A DNA stretch of 39,537 nt from Gemmatimonadota bacterium (GCA_020346845.1 CP070792.1:2939155-2978691), one strand, 5' to 3'; numbered from the stretch's first letter, positions 10,601-19,618 are shown. The notes: generated by a model not told the origin, from the sequence alone. A program made the numbers and translations.

Positions 10601-12435
10601 TATTCTCCGAACCTGGCAAGAAGATACGGGTCATGTTCACCCCGTTTCGCGATGGCTTGCAGAGTTCGTTTGGTGGCAAGGTTCGTTTACAGGACTTCCT
10701 GCCCGCGATGGAAGCGTCCGCACAGGCCGGATTCAGACACTTTGAATTCGGAGGTGGCGCGCGCTACCAGGCGCCCTACTTCTACCTGGGCGAGAACCCG
10801 TTCGAGGACATGCGAAAGATCAGGGAAGCCGTAGGCCCCGACGCTGATCTGCAGATCCTTACCCGCTCCGTGTCGGGAGTGACCCTGACCACGCAGAGTA
10901 TGGAGGGCTTGGAGCTGCAAGCCAAGCTAATGAAGGAGTCGGGCACAACTTGGGATCGGAATTTCGACTACATGAACGATGTCGAAAACCTGATCAAGAC
11001 CGGCAAGCCCATTGTGGACGTCGGAATGCACCATCAGGTGTGTATTGCCCTGATGGGGTTGCCTTTCCATTCGGACAAGGTCCATACCGCCGAGTTCTAC
11101 ATCAATATCGGCAAGCACCTTCTGGACAGTGATCTCCATATCGACAGCATCTGTTTGAAGGACGCGAGCGGCACTACCGACCCCAAGACGATCTACGACG
11201 CCGCCATCGGTCTCAAGAAGATCATGCCGCCGGAAATGCCGCTCTGGATGCATACGCACGACACCGCAAGCACGGCCGTTTCCTGCTACATGGCGGCCAT
11301 CGCGGGTGGCGCAGACGGCGTCGACTTGTCAGTCCGTCCCTTTGCGAGTGGCACCGTACAACCGGATGCCCGCTCTCTGGCCCACGCTCTCAAGGGCACC
11401 GGGTACACACTCGACATCGACGTGTCAGTGCTGCCGGAAATAGAGGGCATGCTGAACGAGCTTATGAAGGACTACGCCTTCAATCCGACCACCACGACCG
11501 CTGATGCACGTGTTCTCGGATTCCCGATGCCCGGTGGCGCTATCGGTCCTAACGTGCACATGATGGTAAAGGCTGGAATACTCGAGAAGTACAGTGAAGT
11601 GTTGGCCGAATTTCCTGTTGTAGTCGAAGCCGGTGGCGCATGGACCAGCGTTACCCCGGGCAGTCAGCAGTACTGGCTGCAGGCATTCAACAACGTGCTG
11701 TACGGCCGCTGGAAGAAGATCGAAGCCGGATACGGCAAGGCTGTGCTCGGGTACTTCGGCAAGACGCCCCTACCCTCCGATCCCGATGTCGTGAAGGCTG
11801 CGTCAGAGCAGTTGGATCTACCGGTTTTCGAAGGCGATCCGCTGGAGGCTGCTCCGAAGAACATTGGGGCCGCGCAGGATGCGTTGAGGGAGCGCAACCT
11901 CCCCGTCAACGATGAGAACACGTTCCTCGTTTTGGCGGCCATGGTGCCCGGCAAGAAGATGGAAACTAACGAGGGCATCCGGCTGCTAACCGGCAAGCCC
12001 AAGATCGACATACCGCTGAAGAAGAAGGAAGAGCCTGCGGCCCCGTCGGCCGCGCCGGTTGCTACCGTTGCACCTGCCATCACCGGTCCGGTGACGACAC
12101 GCTGCATAGTCGAAGAGAACGGGGCAAAGCGAACGTTCGTGGTCACGCTGGAGCCCACTGGTGGTTCCAGTGCTACAGCCCCTGCTGTTGCCACAGGAGC
12201 GCCCACCACGACTGAAGGAACACAGGTGTTTTCCACGTTTGCTGGTTCGGTGGAGATAGTCGACATCTTGGTCAAGGTTGGAGACGCTGTCTCGAAGGGG
12301 AATGTCGTGGCTGAAGTAGAGGCGATGAAGGCCAAACACGACATCAAAGCACCTTGCGACGGTAAGGTAAGTGCGGTGCACGCTCAGATCGGAGATGAGA
12401 TCGATTCATCCAAGCCGATCATGACGATCGCGTAG
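10597..12435 (+). CDS. oadA: Oxaloacetate decarboxylase alpha subunit (carboxyltransferase + biotinyl carrier domain)
   Basis: 612-aa ORF. It has an HMGL-like/5S carboxyltransferase domain (FRDGLQS, ICLKDASG, WMHTHDT). A Pro/Ala linker follows. The C-terminal biotinyl domain reads VAEVEAMKAKHDIKAPCDGKV. The gene is flanked by oadG and oadB. Confidence 0.9.
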   Translation: MIFSEPGKKIRVMFTPFRDGLQSSFGGKVRLQDFLPAMEASAQAGFRHFEFGGGARYQAPYFYLGENPFEDMRKIREAVGPDADLQILTRSVSGVTLTTQSMEGLELQAKLMKESGTTWDRNFDYMNDVENLIKTGKPIVDVGMHHQVCIALMGLPFHSDKVHTAEFYINIGKHLLDSDLHIDSICLKDASGTTDPKTIYDAAIGLKKIMPPEMPLWMHTHDTASTAVSCYMAAIAGGADGVDLSVRPFASGTVQPDARSLAHALKGTGYTLDIDVSVLPEIEGMLNELMKDYAFNPTTTTADARVLGFPMPGGAIGPNVHMMVKAGILEKYSEVLAEFPVVVEAGGAWTSVTPGSQQYWLQAFNNVLYGRWKKIEAGYGKAVLGYFGKTPLPSDPDVVKAASEQLDLPVFEGDPLEAAPKNIGAAQDALRERNLPVNDENTFLVLAAMVPGKKMETNEGIRLLTGKPKIDIPLKKKEEPAAPSAAPVATVAPAITGPVTTRCIVEENGAKRTFVVTLEPTGGSSATAPAVATGAPTTTEGTQVFSTFAGSVEIVDILVKVGDAVSKGNVVAEVEAMKAKHDIKAPCDGKVSAVHAQIGDEIDSSKPIMTIA

Positions 12436-12446
12436 CGGAGCCCGGT

Positions 12447-13568
12447 ATGCAAACGGCCCTGGAGCTGTTGAGACAATCTGGCATTGCCAACCTAGGCATC
12501 GGCAACATCGTCATGTTCTTGGTTGCGGGTGTGCTCATCTACCTTGCGATAACCCGTGAGTATGAGCCACTGCTGCTGATCCCCATCGGCTTTGGAGCCA
12601 TTCTGGCCAACTTGCCGCTGGCGGAGATGGGCTCGTACGGTGAAGGCATTATTTCCCTCATCTACGAAGGCGGCATAAGGACCGAGCTCCTGCCGCCTCT
12701 CATCTTCCTGGGCGTTGGGGTATTGACCGACTTCCGTCCGTTGCTCGGTCGGCCGCTCACTTTCTTGCTGGGCGCTTCCGCTCAGTTAGGGATATTCGTG
12801 GCCGCCCTTTCAGCCGGGTACTTTCTGGGCTTCGATTACGGTGAGGCTGCATCGATCGGGATAATCGGTGGTGCCGATGGGCCAACATCGATTTTCTTGA
12901 CGGCTCAGCTAGCACCTCATTTGTTGGGCCCAGTCGCCGTCGCGGCATATAGCTACATGTCGCTGGTGCCCATCATCCAGCCACCGATCTTGCGCGCCCT
13001 CACGACCAAGGAAGAGCGTGAGATCGACATGCCTCAGGCCATTCCGGTTTCCAAGACGGCTGTGATTCTGTTCCCGATCGTTACTGGGGTGTTGGCATCA
13101 CTGGCGATCCCCTCGGCTGCGCCACTCATCGGTATGCTCATGTTTGGTAATCTCTTGCGTGAGTGTGGGGTCACCGAACGGCTTCGCAAGACTGCTGGTG
13201 GTTCAATGATCGACATCGTGACGATCTTCCTGGGAATAGCGGTAGGTGCCACGATGGATGCGGAGCACTTCCTTACGTGGCGCACCATTCAGATCCTAAT
13301 TCTGGGAGCTGTGGCGTTCTCGTTCAGCACGGCGGGCGGAATCGTGTTTGCGAAGATCCTCAATCTGTTCCTTCGCAAGAAGATCAATCCGTGTATCGGT
13401 GCCGCGGGTGTCTCCGCGGTGCCCATGGCTGCCCGCGTGGTGCAGAAGTTTGTGTCTGATAACACCGACGGCCGGGTGAACCCGCTGATGCCAGCCATGG
13501 GGCCGAACGTTGCGGGCGTCATCGGATCAGCAGTCGCCGCTGGCGTATTCCTGACGCTGCTCGGGTAA
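12447..13568 (+). CDS. oadB: Na+-translocating decarboxylase beta subunit
   Basis: 373-aa polytopic membrane ORF. It carries OadB/GcdB/MmdB family motifs (IGIIGGADGPTSIF, MFGNLLRECGV, GAAGVSAVPMAARV). Confidence 0.92.
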   Translation: MQTALELLRQSGIANLGIGNIVMFLVAGVLIYLAITREYEPLLLIPIGFGAILANLPLAEMGSYGEGIISLIYEGGIRTELLPPLIFLGVGVLTDFRPLLGRPLTFLLGASAQLGIFVAALSAGYFLGFDYGEAASIGIIGGADGPTSIFLTAQLAPHLLGPVAVAAYSYMSLVPIIQPPILRALTTKEEREIDMPQAIPVSKTAVILFPIVTGVLASLAIPSAAPLIGMLMFGNLLRECGVTERLRKTAGGSMIDIVTIFLGIAVGATMDAEHFLTWRTIQILILGAVAFSFSTAGGIVFAKILNLFLRKKINPCIGAAGVSAVPMAARVVQKFVSDNTDGRVNPLMPAMGPNVAGVIGSAVAAGVFLTLLG

Positions 13569-13834
13569 GAACTGTGCTTCGACCTTGGCTTCCCTTCCTC
13601 GGCTTTGCGCTGGGGAAGGGAGCCACACCTCCCTCCAACCAACCCTCATAATCAGTACCTTCGTTTCTCGAGCTTAACAGAGTAGCTTTCGGTCGCGCGC
13701 GATGCCGACGCGCCCGAGTACCAGGAGTTGGAGCAAGCAGTGCCTACAAGAGTAGCATCCATCAAATGAGAACCAGCCCGTGCAAGCTCGCTTTTAGTGC
13801 GAGCAGCGGGCTGTTGCCATAAAAGGAGCGGTAG

Positions 13835-15550
13835 ATGTGGTCCCCAAAGATCGACTCACGGACGTCAGAAGAGTACTTCGCTGTTAGTCACAAGGGACGA
13901 CCCGTGATTCTCAATCCCTTCACAAACAAGGGAACAGCATACACGGAAGAGGAAAGGGAGAGTCTGGGACTCGAGGGATTGGTCGCACCCGTCACCTCCA
14001 CCATAGAGCAGCAGCTGGAGCGGACCTACGAGAACTTCAAGGCCAAGCCGTCGAACATCGAGAAGTTCATCTATCTAGCGAGCCTACAGGACCGGAACGA
14101 AACCCTGTTCTTTCGCCTAGTACATGAGCACATAGATGAGATGATGCCGATCGTTTACACGCCGGTTGTGGGCGAGGCATGTCAGAAGTTCTCTCATATA
14201 TATCGTCGAGCACGCGGACTCTACGTTAGTTATGAACAGCGGGACAACATAGAACAGGTTCTGGCAAACCACCCGCGGCCACCAGCGGTGATCGTTGCGA
14301 CGGACGGCGAGAGGATCCTGGGGCTCGGCGATCAGGGTGTTGGAGGCATGGGCATCCCAATCGGCAAGCTCTGTCTTTATACGCTGTGCGCCGGGATACC
14401 GCCGTGGCTCACACTCCCCATTACACTCGACGTCGGAACCGACAACGAGGAACGCCTGAACGATCCACTCTACCTAGGGCTACGCCACAAGCGGATCAGG
14501 GGAGAAGAGTATCAGGCATTCATCGACAAGTTCGTTGCGGCTGTTCAGAACGTCTATCCCGACGCGTTACTGCAATGGGAAGACTTCCTCAAGGGGAACG
14601 CGATCTTCCAGCTGCGCCGCTTTCGGGATAGGATCTTGACCTTCAACGACGACATCCAGGGTACCGCTGGAGTGGTCGTGGCGGGCATCTACTCTGGTCT
14701 GAGGATTACAGGTCAGAAGATGCGTGATCAGCGGGTCCTCTTCGCTGGGGCAGGGGCCTCGGCTCAAGGCATCTCGGACCTCATCGTGTCGGCAATGGTG
14801 GAAGAGGGATTGACCTTGGAGCAGGCGCGCAAAGCGATCTGGACGGTCGACAGTCGCGGTCTCGTTACCCAGGATCGTGAAGGACTCGAGGAATTCAAAG
14901 CGAGCTATGCGCGCGACGTGGCTGAACTGGTGAGCTACGAGTGTGCGGATCGGACGAAGGTCACGCTCGAGGAAACGGTAGTCAACGCGAAGCCGACTAT
15001 CATCATTGGGACATCGGGTACCCCGGGGATGTTCACGGAATCCGTCGTGAGAGCGATGGCCCGCAACAACGACAGGCCTATGGTATTTCCGCTCAGCAAC
15101 CCCACGAGCCAGAGCGAGTGTACGGCAGAGCAGGCGATCGTCTGGTCCGAGGGCCGCGCGATTGTCGCCACTGGTAGCCCGTTTGACCCGGTGGAGTTTG
15201 GAGGCAGAAGCTACCGTATCGGGCAGGGTAACAATGCATACGTCTTTCCAGGCGTTGGCTTGGGTGTTTGGGTCGGTGGCGTGAAGCGGGTTACAGATGG
15301 CATGTTCCTGGAGGGCGCGAAGGCCCTAGCAAATGAGGTGGGGGAGTCCGATCTGGCGGAAGTGGCTATCTACCCCGAGCTGAGCCGCATTCGCGAATGC
15401 TCACACTCGGTAGCCTGCGCTGTGATCAGGCGTGCCGTCGAGGGAGGGCACGCTGATGAAGGTGTCCTCGACGGGGTTGAGGAGAAGGTCCGCCGTGCCA
15501 TGTGGTTCCCTGAGTACCGTCATATCCGGTACGAGCCCAGGGCCTGGTAA
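13835..15550 (+). CDS. maeA: NAD(P)-dependent malic enzyme (large SfcA/MaeA type)
   Basis: 571-aa ORF with AAGGAG 6 nt upstream. It carries malic-enzyme motifs (VYTPVVGEAC, ATDGERILGLGDQGVGGMGIPIGK, FNDDIQGTAGV, GAGASAQGI, LSNPT). Confidence 0.93.
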   Translation: MWSPKIDSRTSEEYFAVSHKGRPVILNPFTNKGTAYTEEERESLGLEGLVAPVTSTIEQQLERTYENFKAKPSNIEKFIYLASLQDRNETLFFRLVHEHIDEMMPIVYTPVVGEACQKFSHIYRRARGLYVSYEQRDNIEQVLANHPRPPAVIVATDGERILGLGDQGVGGMGIPIGKLCLYTLCAGIPPWLTLPITLDVGTDNEERLNDPLYLGLRHKRIRGEEYQAFIDKFVAAVQNVYPDALLQWEDFLKGNAIFQLRRFRDRILTFNDDIQGTAGVVVAGIYSGLRITGQKMRDQRVLFAGAGASAQGISDLIVSAMVEEGLTLEQARKAIWTVDSRGLVTQDREGLEEFKASYARDVAELVSYECADRTKVTLEETVVNAKPTIIIGTSGTPGMFTESVVRAMARNNDRPMVFPLSNPTSQSECTAEQAIVWSEGRAIVATGSPFDPVEFGGRSYRIGQGNNAYVFPGVGLGVWVGGVKRVTDGMFLEGAKALANEVGESDLAEVAIYPELSRIRECSHSVACAVIRRAVEGGHADEGVLDGVEEKVRRAMWFPEYRHIRYEPRAW

Positions 15551-15571
15551 TCGTTGCCAATCCTGGCGCGA

Positions 15572-15598
15572 GGGGCAGGGAGTTCCTGCCCCTTTTTT
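15572..15598 (+). terminator. Intrinsic terminator after the malic enzyme gene
   Basis: An 8-bp GC-rich stem pairs GGGGCAGG (15572-15579) with CCTGCCCC (15585-15592). The loop is 5 nt and is followed by TTTTTT (15593-15598). It begins 22 nt after the stop codon. Confidence 0.75.
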
Positions 15599-15653
15599 GT
15601 TGGGATGCCTGCCTGGTCCGGCGGGCTTCTGGGTGACCGATGCTTCGATCGAG

Positions 15654-16358
15654 TCAGGCCTTTGCCCCGCCAAGAGCCCAGTCCACGGCGTAGCGCGCGT
15701 GCAGATCGGCGGTGTCGAACAGGGGCACAGCCGAGTCTGACGGACCGACTAGCAGTGCTATCTCGGTGCAACCGAGGATCACGCCCTCCGCACCGTCGAC
15801 CACGAGGCTCTCAATGATTCGGCGGAAGGAGTCCCGTGACTTCTCCAAGAGCTGTCCGAGGCAGAGCTCGTCATAGATGATTCGATGAATCACATCCCGA
15901 TCCCGTTCGTCCGGTATCAGGACATCCAACCGGTGGTTGTCCTGCAACCAGCCGCGGTAAAACTCCTGCTCCATGGTGAACTTGGTGCCCAATAGGGCAA
16001 CAGTTTGCAACCCTGCCGATGCGATAGCAGCGCCGGTCGCATCCGCTATGTGCAAGAACGGGATGTTGACCGATTCTCTGATACTAGCTGCCACCCTGTG
16101 CATGGTGTTGGTGCACAAGACGATGCAGTCAGCCCCTGCTCTTTCCAATGAACGAGCAGCACCAGCCAAAATGTGGCCTGTCTCGTCCCACCGGTCTGCA
16201 TGCTGCAGTTGTTCGATGGGCTGGAAGTCGACCGAGTATAGCACGATGTTGGCGGAGTGCAGACCGCCAAGCTCTTGTTTGACCGTCTCGTTGATGGTGC
16301 GGTAGTAGGGAACTGTCGATTCCCAGCTCATACCGCCAATAAGTCCGATGGTCTTCAT
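15654..16358 (-). CDS. Aspartate/glutamate racemase family protein
   Basis: 234-aa ORF. The N-terminus MKTIGLIGGMSWESTVPYYRTIN is typical of the family. The two catalytic-Cys contexts are present (LCTNTMH and LGCTEI). Confidence 0.85.
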   Translation of the reverse strand: MKTIGLIGGMSWESTVPYYRTINETVKQELGGLHSANIVLYSVDFQPIEQLQHADRWDETGHILAGAARSLERAGADCIVLCTNTMHRVAASIRESVNIPFLHIADATGAAIASAGLQTVALLGTKFTMEQEFYRGWLQDNHRLDVLIPDERDRDVIHRIIYDELCLGQLLEKSRDSFRRIIESLVVDGAEGVILGCTEIALLVGPSDSAVPLFDTADLHARYAVDWALGGAKA

Positions 16359-16388
16359 TGGACGGCCCGCCTGGTGTCAAATCTCTCG

Positions 16389-17636
16389 TTAGTATGGGAC
16401 GTCGTTGACGTGGTCGACTTCGTTCAGCCTGATCGCCGAAAGCTCGACCCCGCCTGGCAATTCCTGCTTGTCCTCGGGAACGATCAACAGTGCGTTGGCT
16501 GTCGCCATCGAGGTCAGAATGCCTGATCCCTGAGGGCCGGTAAGCTTGGCCAATAACTCCCCGCCGTGGTCTTCGAGTACGACACGCAGGAAATGCCGAA
16601 GCGGCGCTTGCAAAGTGATCGGTTCTGTCGTGCGTGCCTTGACAGTCTTGCGGAACGGCGTCGAGTGGCCCAGCATGACTCGGATGGCTGGCCGCACGAA
16701 GAGCTCGAAAGTCACCATTGTGCTAACGGGGTTGCCCGGAAGGCCAAGCCAGGGAACGCCGCGCCAAAGGCCAAATGCAACCGGAGCACCTGGACGCGTC
16801 CGGAGCCGCCAGAACTTCATCTCGCCGCCGAGTTCTTCGAATACCCGTCTGAAGTAATCGTGATCACCCACACTGACGCCGCCCGAACTCACCAGCATGT
16901 CGGCGGGTGGCAGTCCCAGGAGTTTCTCTCCCAATAACGCTGGATCGTCCGGCACGATTCCGAGTTCGACCGGCTCGGCGCCAGCTTGCCGTGCCATCGA
17001 AGACATCGTGTACGAGTTCGACGAAGCGATCTTCCTACCCTCGAGTATCGCTGATTTCTCACTCAAGTCTGCGATCTCGTCACCAGAAGCCATGATGGCG
17101 ACTCTTGGTCTCCGGTATACTGCAATTTGATCACGTGCGACTGATGCGAGGGCGCCGATGTGTGCCGGCTGTAGTTCGGTGCCGCGCTTTAGAACGGTAG
17201 TACCAAGGCGGATGTCCTCACCGCGAAAGCGGATATTCCGCTCACTGTCGCGATCGTCGTTCACCTGCACTTTGCCGTCGGGCAAGACCGTGGTGTCTTC
17301 TTGCCTAATGACCCCATCGCTTCCTTCTGGGATGGGTGCACCGGTGAAGATGCGAGCGCACTGACCGCCGGAGAGTGGCACCTCCGGGAAGGCACCTGCA
17401 TGTATCTGCTCTACGATCTGCAGATCCACAGGACACCTGCCCCGCACGTCCTCACTTCTGACGGCGTAGCCGTCCATGGCGGAGTTGTCCCAGTGTGGGA
17501 GGTCGATTGGGCTTGTGACATCGGATGCCGAGACCATTCCGAGCGCCGCTGTAATTGGGACTGTCTCGGATGGAAGTGGGCGGATACTCTCGAGGATTGT
17601 TCGTGCAGCGTCGGTTGAGGTCAGCAGCGTGCGCAC
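16389..17636 (-). CDS. moeA: Molybdopterin molybdenumtransferase
   Basis: 415-aa ORF with MoeA architecture. Matching segments include NSAMDGYAV, the MoCF-binding core SGDE...SSGGVSVGDHDY, and LPGNPVS. Confidence 0.9.
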   Translation of the reverse strand: MRTLLTSTDAARTILESIRPLPSETVPITAALGMVSASDVTSPIDLPHWDNSAMDGYAVRSEDVRGRCPVDLQIVEQIHAGAFPEVPLSGGQCARIFTGAPIPEGSDGVIRQEDTTVLPDGKVQVNDDRDSERNIRFRGEDIRLGTTVLKRGTELQPAHIGALASVARDQIAVYRRPRVAIMASGDEIADLSEKSAILEGRKIASSNSYTMSSMARQAGAEPVELGIVPDDPALLGEKLLGLPPADMLVSSGGVSVGDHDYFRRVFEELGGEMKFWRLRTRPGAPVAFGLWRGVPWLGLPGNPVSTMVTFELFVRPAIRVMLGHSTPFRKTVKARTTEPITLQAPLRHFLRVVLEDHGGELLAKLTGPQGSGILTSMATANALLIVPEDKQELPGGVELSAIRLNEVDHVNDVPY

Positions 17637-17646
17637 TGAACCTCCT

Positions 17647-18258
17647 TCAACGCTGATATTGGTCGCGCCACAACTCCTCCGCTCTCTTCAAATCATCCGG
17701 GGTGTTCACGTTGAAGAAGAGAGTCGCCGGGTCACCGAATGCTTGCACCGAGTCACAGGGAATCTTCCCAGCTTTGACCGCTCCCAAGAATCCCTGGACC
17801 CTGAAGTCTTCCTTGACGAGTTGGCTCCTAATAGGAGCGAGACAATTGGGACCGTAGACAGCACATAGGGGCTCCAGGCTGACTTCATCGTCGATCCGTC
17901 TCTCAGGAAGAACTGCGTCGAACGAGCCCGACCGGTTGACGAGCGCCTTGAGCAGGTCCGCAGAAACAAACGGCATGTCCCAGGCGACCACCAGCGCATG
18001 TCCCTCGCCAGCGGACACAGCGGTGTAGATCCCGCCCAGACTTCCGCAGCCGCGTATCGCATCACGCATGACTTTCAGGTCGGGCCGCCACTCTGATGCA
18101 TCCTCCGCGTTAGCGACAAGCAGCGGCGCGTCGCCAGTGGCTTCCTTGACGGCACGGATCACTCGGTCCAATATCCGCGTGCCGCCAACCTGCTCCAGCC
18201 CCTTGGGCTTCCCACTGAAACGGCTGGCGTTCCCCCCCGCTAGAACGACTCCTCGCAC
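17647..18258 (-). CDS. mobA: Molybdenum cofactor guanylyltransferase
   Basis: 203-aa ORF with a GTG start and GGAGG 10 nt upstream. It has the N-terminal nucleotide-binding motif VVLAGGNASRFSGKPKGL typical of MobA. Confidence 0.85.
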   Translation of the reverse strand: MRGVVLAGGNASRFSGKPKGLEQVGGTRILDRVIRAVKEATGDAPLLVANAEDASEWRPDLKVMRDAIRGCGSLGGIYTAVSAGEGHALVVAWDMPFVSADLLKALVNRSGSFDAVLPERRIDDEVSLEPLCAVYGPNCLAPIRSQLVKEDFRVQGFLGAVKAGKIPCDSVQAFGDPATLFFNVNTPDDLKRAEELWRDQYQR

Positions 18259-18317
18259 GCTGTTGTCACCTCCTTACGTTTTGGACCGGCTGACGCCGTA
18301 GAGAGCAGGATCTCACC

Positions 18318-18737
18318 TCATTCACGGTATTCGGCAAAGAGCGACGGATCTTCCTGAACTCGTACGCACTCCAGAGACACACCGGATGGCAGGCGTCTCT
18401 TGACCCGATCCCATACGTACATTGCCAGTGCCTCGACGGTAGGTATCTGTTTACCGAACTCGAATTCCTCAACGGCGTAGTTGATATTGCGATGGTCAAA
18501 TCGCTGAACGACTTCCTCTCTTAGGATACTGTCCAGATTAGAGAGATTGACGACAGTGGAGGTTTCTCGGTCGACTGGACCACTTACCGTCACGTGGCAT
18601 TCGTATGAGTGACCGTGGCCGTGCTCGTTCGCGCACGGGCCAAACTCGCGATAGTTGCGGTCCTCGCTCCATTCTGGCCGGTAGTATCTGTGAGCGGCCG
18701 CGAACCTGACGATCCGGGTTAGCTGTACCTTGGTCAC
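18318..18737 (-). CDS. queD: 6-carboxytetrahydropterin synthase / 6-pyruvoyl-tetrahydropterin synthase family
   Basis: 139-aa ORF with a GTG start. It carries the signature FSAAHRY-like segment (FAAAHRYY) and Cys-x3-His-Gly-His (CANEHGHGHSY). Confidence 0.85.
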   Translation of the reverse strand: MTKVQLTRIVRFAAAHRYYRPEWSEDRNYREFGPCANEHGHGHSYECHVTVSGPVDRETSTVVNLSNLDSILREEVVQRFDHRNINYAVEEFEFGKQIPTVEALAMYVWDRVKRRLPSGVSLECVRVQEDPSLFAEYRE

Positions 18738-18834
18738 GGTTTCAATTTACGCTTTGGTGCCCCGGGTGGGCCATACGTGATCCCATGGAAATGTCGGGAG
18801 AGGCGGCTACGGGAACTGCGCTGACCGCCGTTGT

Positions 18835-19578
18835 TCAGAACCCTATTGCGTATCCAATGGTGAAGATCAGCGTGGGATGGTGGGTCCACTCAGTGTCGTT
18901 CTCCACGTTCGGATTCAGAACTGGCGGTGAAAGGCTATCGTCTTCGGGGCGCGTGAAGAAGGATGGTGGGTAGCGGAGCTGCCAGATTATGTCACGGAAC
19001 TCGGTTCTAAGCATCAGTCTATCTGAAGGATACCACTGGACGCCGAATGCCGGTGCGATCGTGAACTGTGTCCCGAATACAAACCCACTAAGGCTGTCCT
19101 CCGGCACGGATCCGCCAAAGGCGACTCCGAGAGACAGATCCACATAAGGTATCATGCCGTGCCATGTTTTCTGGCCAGTCAGCATCAGCACGATGCCGGC
19201 GTCGAGAAGCGTGACCGTCTGGTCGGCATAGCCCAGAATGCTGTCGGCTGGAGCGGAGTTGGGGTTGATCAGACCACGCTTCAGGTTGGCAACTCCTACT
19301 GAGAGGTTCACTGCCAGCGGGCCAGTCAACACTTGATCCCCACGTGCCGTCACAACCGGTCCATCAGACGGGCCCACACCTGCCTTGCCAGCCGATCCCC
19401 ATATGTAGCCGGCGCCAACAGAGACTACGCGTTTTGCACGGAGCGGCTGGTATGGAGAGGATCCGGGAGGATGTCCTACTTGGGCGTAACATGGCTCCGT
19501 AGCCGCTCCGAGTACGGCGAGCACGGCCGTGGCTACGACAATGTTTAGCTTCACCCTGCTATCACGCGCGTTTGACAT
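18835..19578 (-). CDS. Putative outer-membrane beta-barrel protein (function unknown)
   Basis: 247-aa ORF with AGGAGG upstream. It has a signal peptide (LNIVVATAVLAVLGAATEPCYAQ). Alternating hydrophobic beta-strand patterns are visible. The C-terminus ends ...IGYAIGF, an aromatic terminal residue typical of OMPs. Confidence 0.6.
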   Translation of the reverse strand: MSNARDSRVKLNIVVATAVLAVLGAATEPCYAQVGHPPGSSPYQPLRAKRVVSVGAGYIWGSAGKAGVGPSDGPVVTARGDQVLTGPLAVNLSVGVANLKRGLINPNSAPADSILGYADQTVTLLDAGIVLMLTGQKTWHGMIPYVDLSLGVAFGGSVPEDSLSGFVFGTQFTIAPAFGVQWYPSDRLMLRTEFRDIIWQLRYPPSFFTRPEDDSLSPPVLNPNVENDTEWTHHPTLIFTIGYAIGF

Positions 19579-19618
19579 CCGGAGAGTGTCCTCCTAGAAT
19601 CCTCGAAATACCTTGAGA

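Noticed and set aside
18738-18834. A Moco riboswitch upstream of the queD-mobA-moeA operon.
   Set aside because: The spacer is only 97 nt, shorter than the motif. I could not match the conserved Moco RNA core. It contains only a GGCGG...CCGCC hairpin that may terminate the upstream OMP gene.
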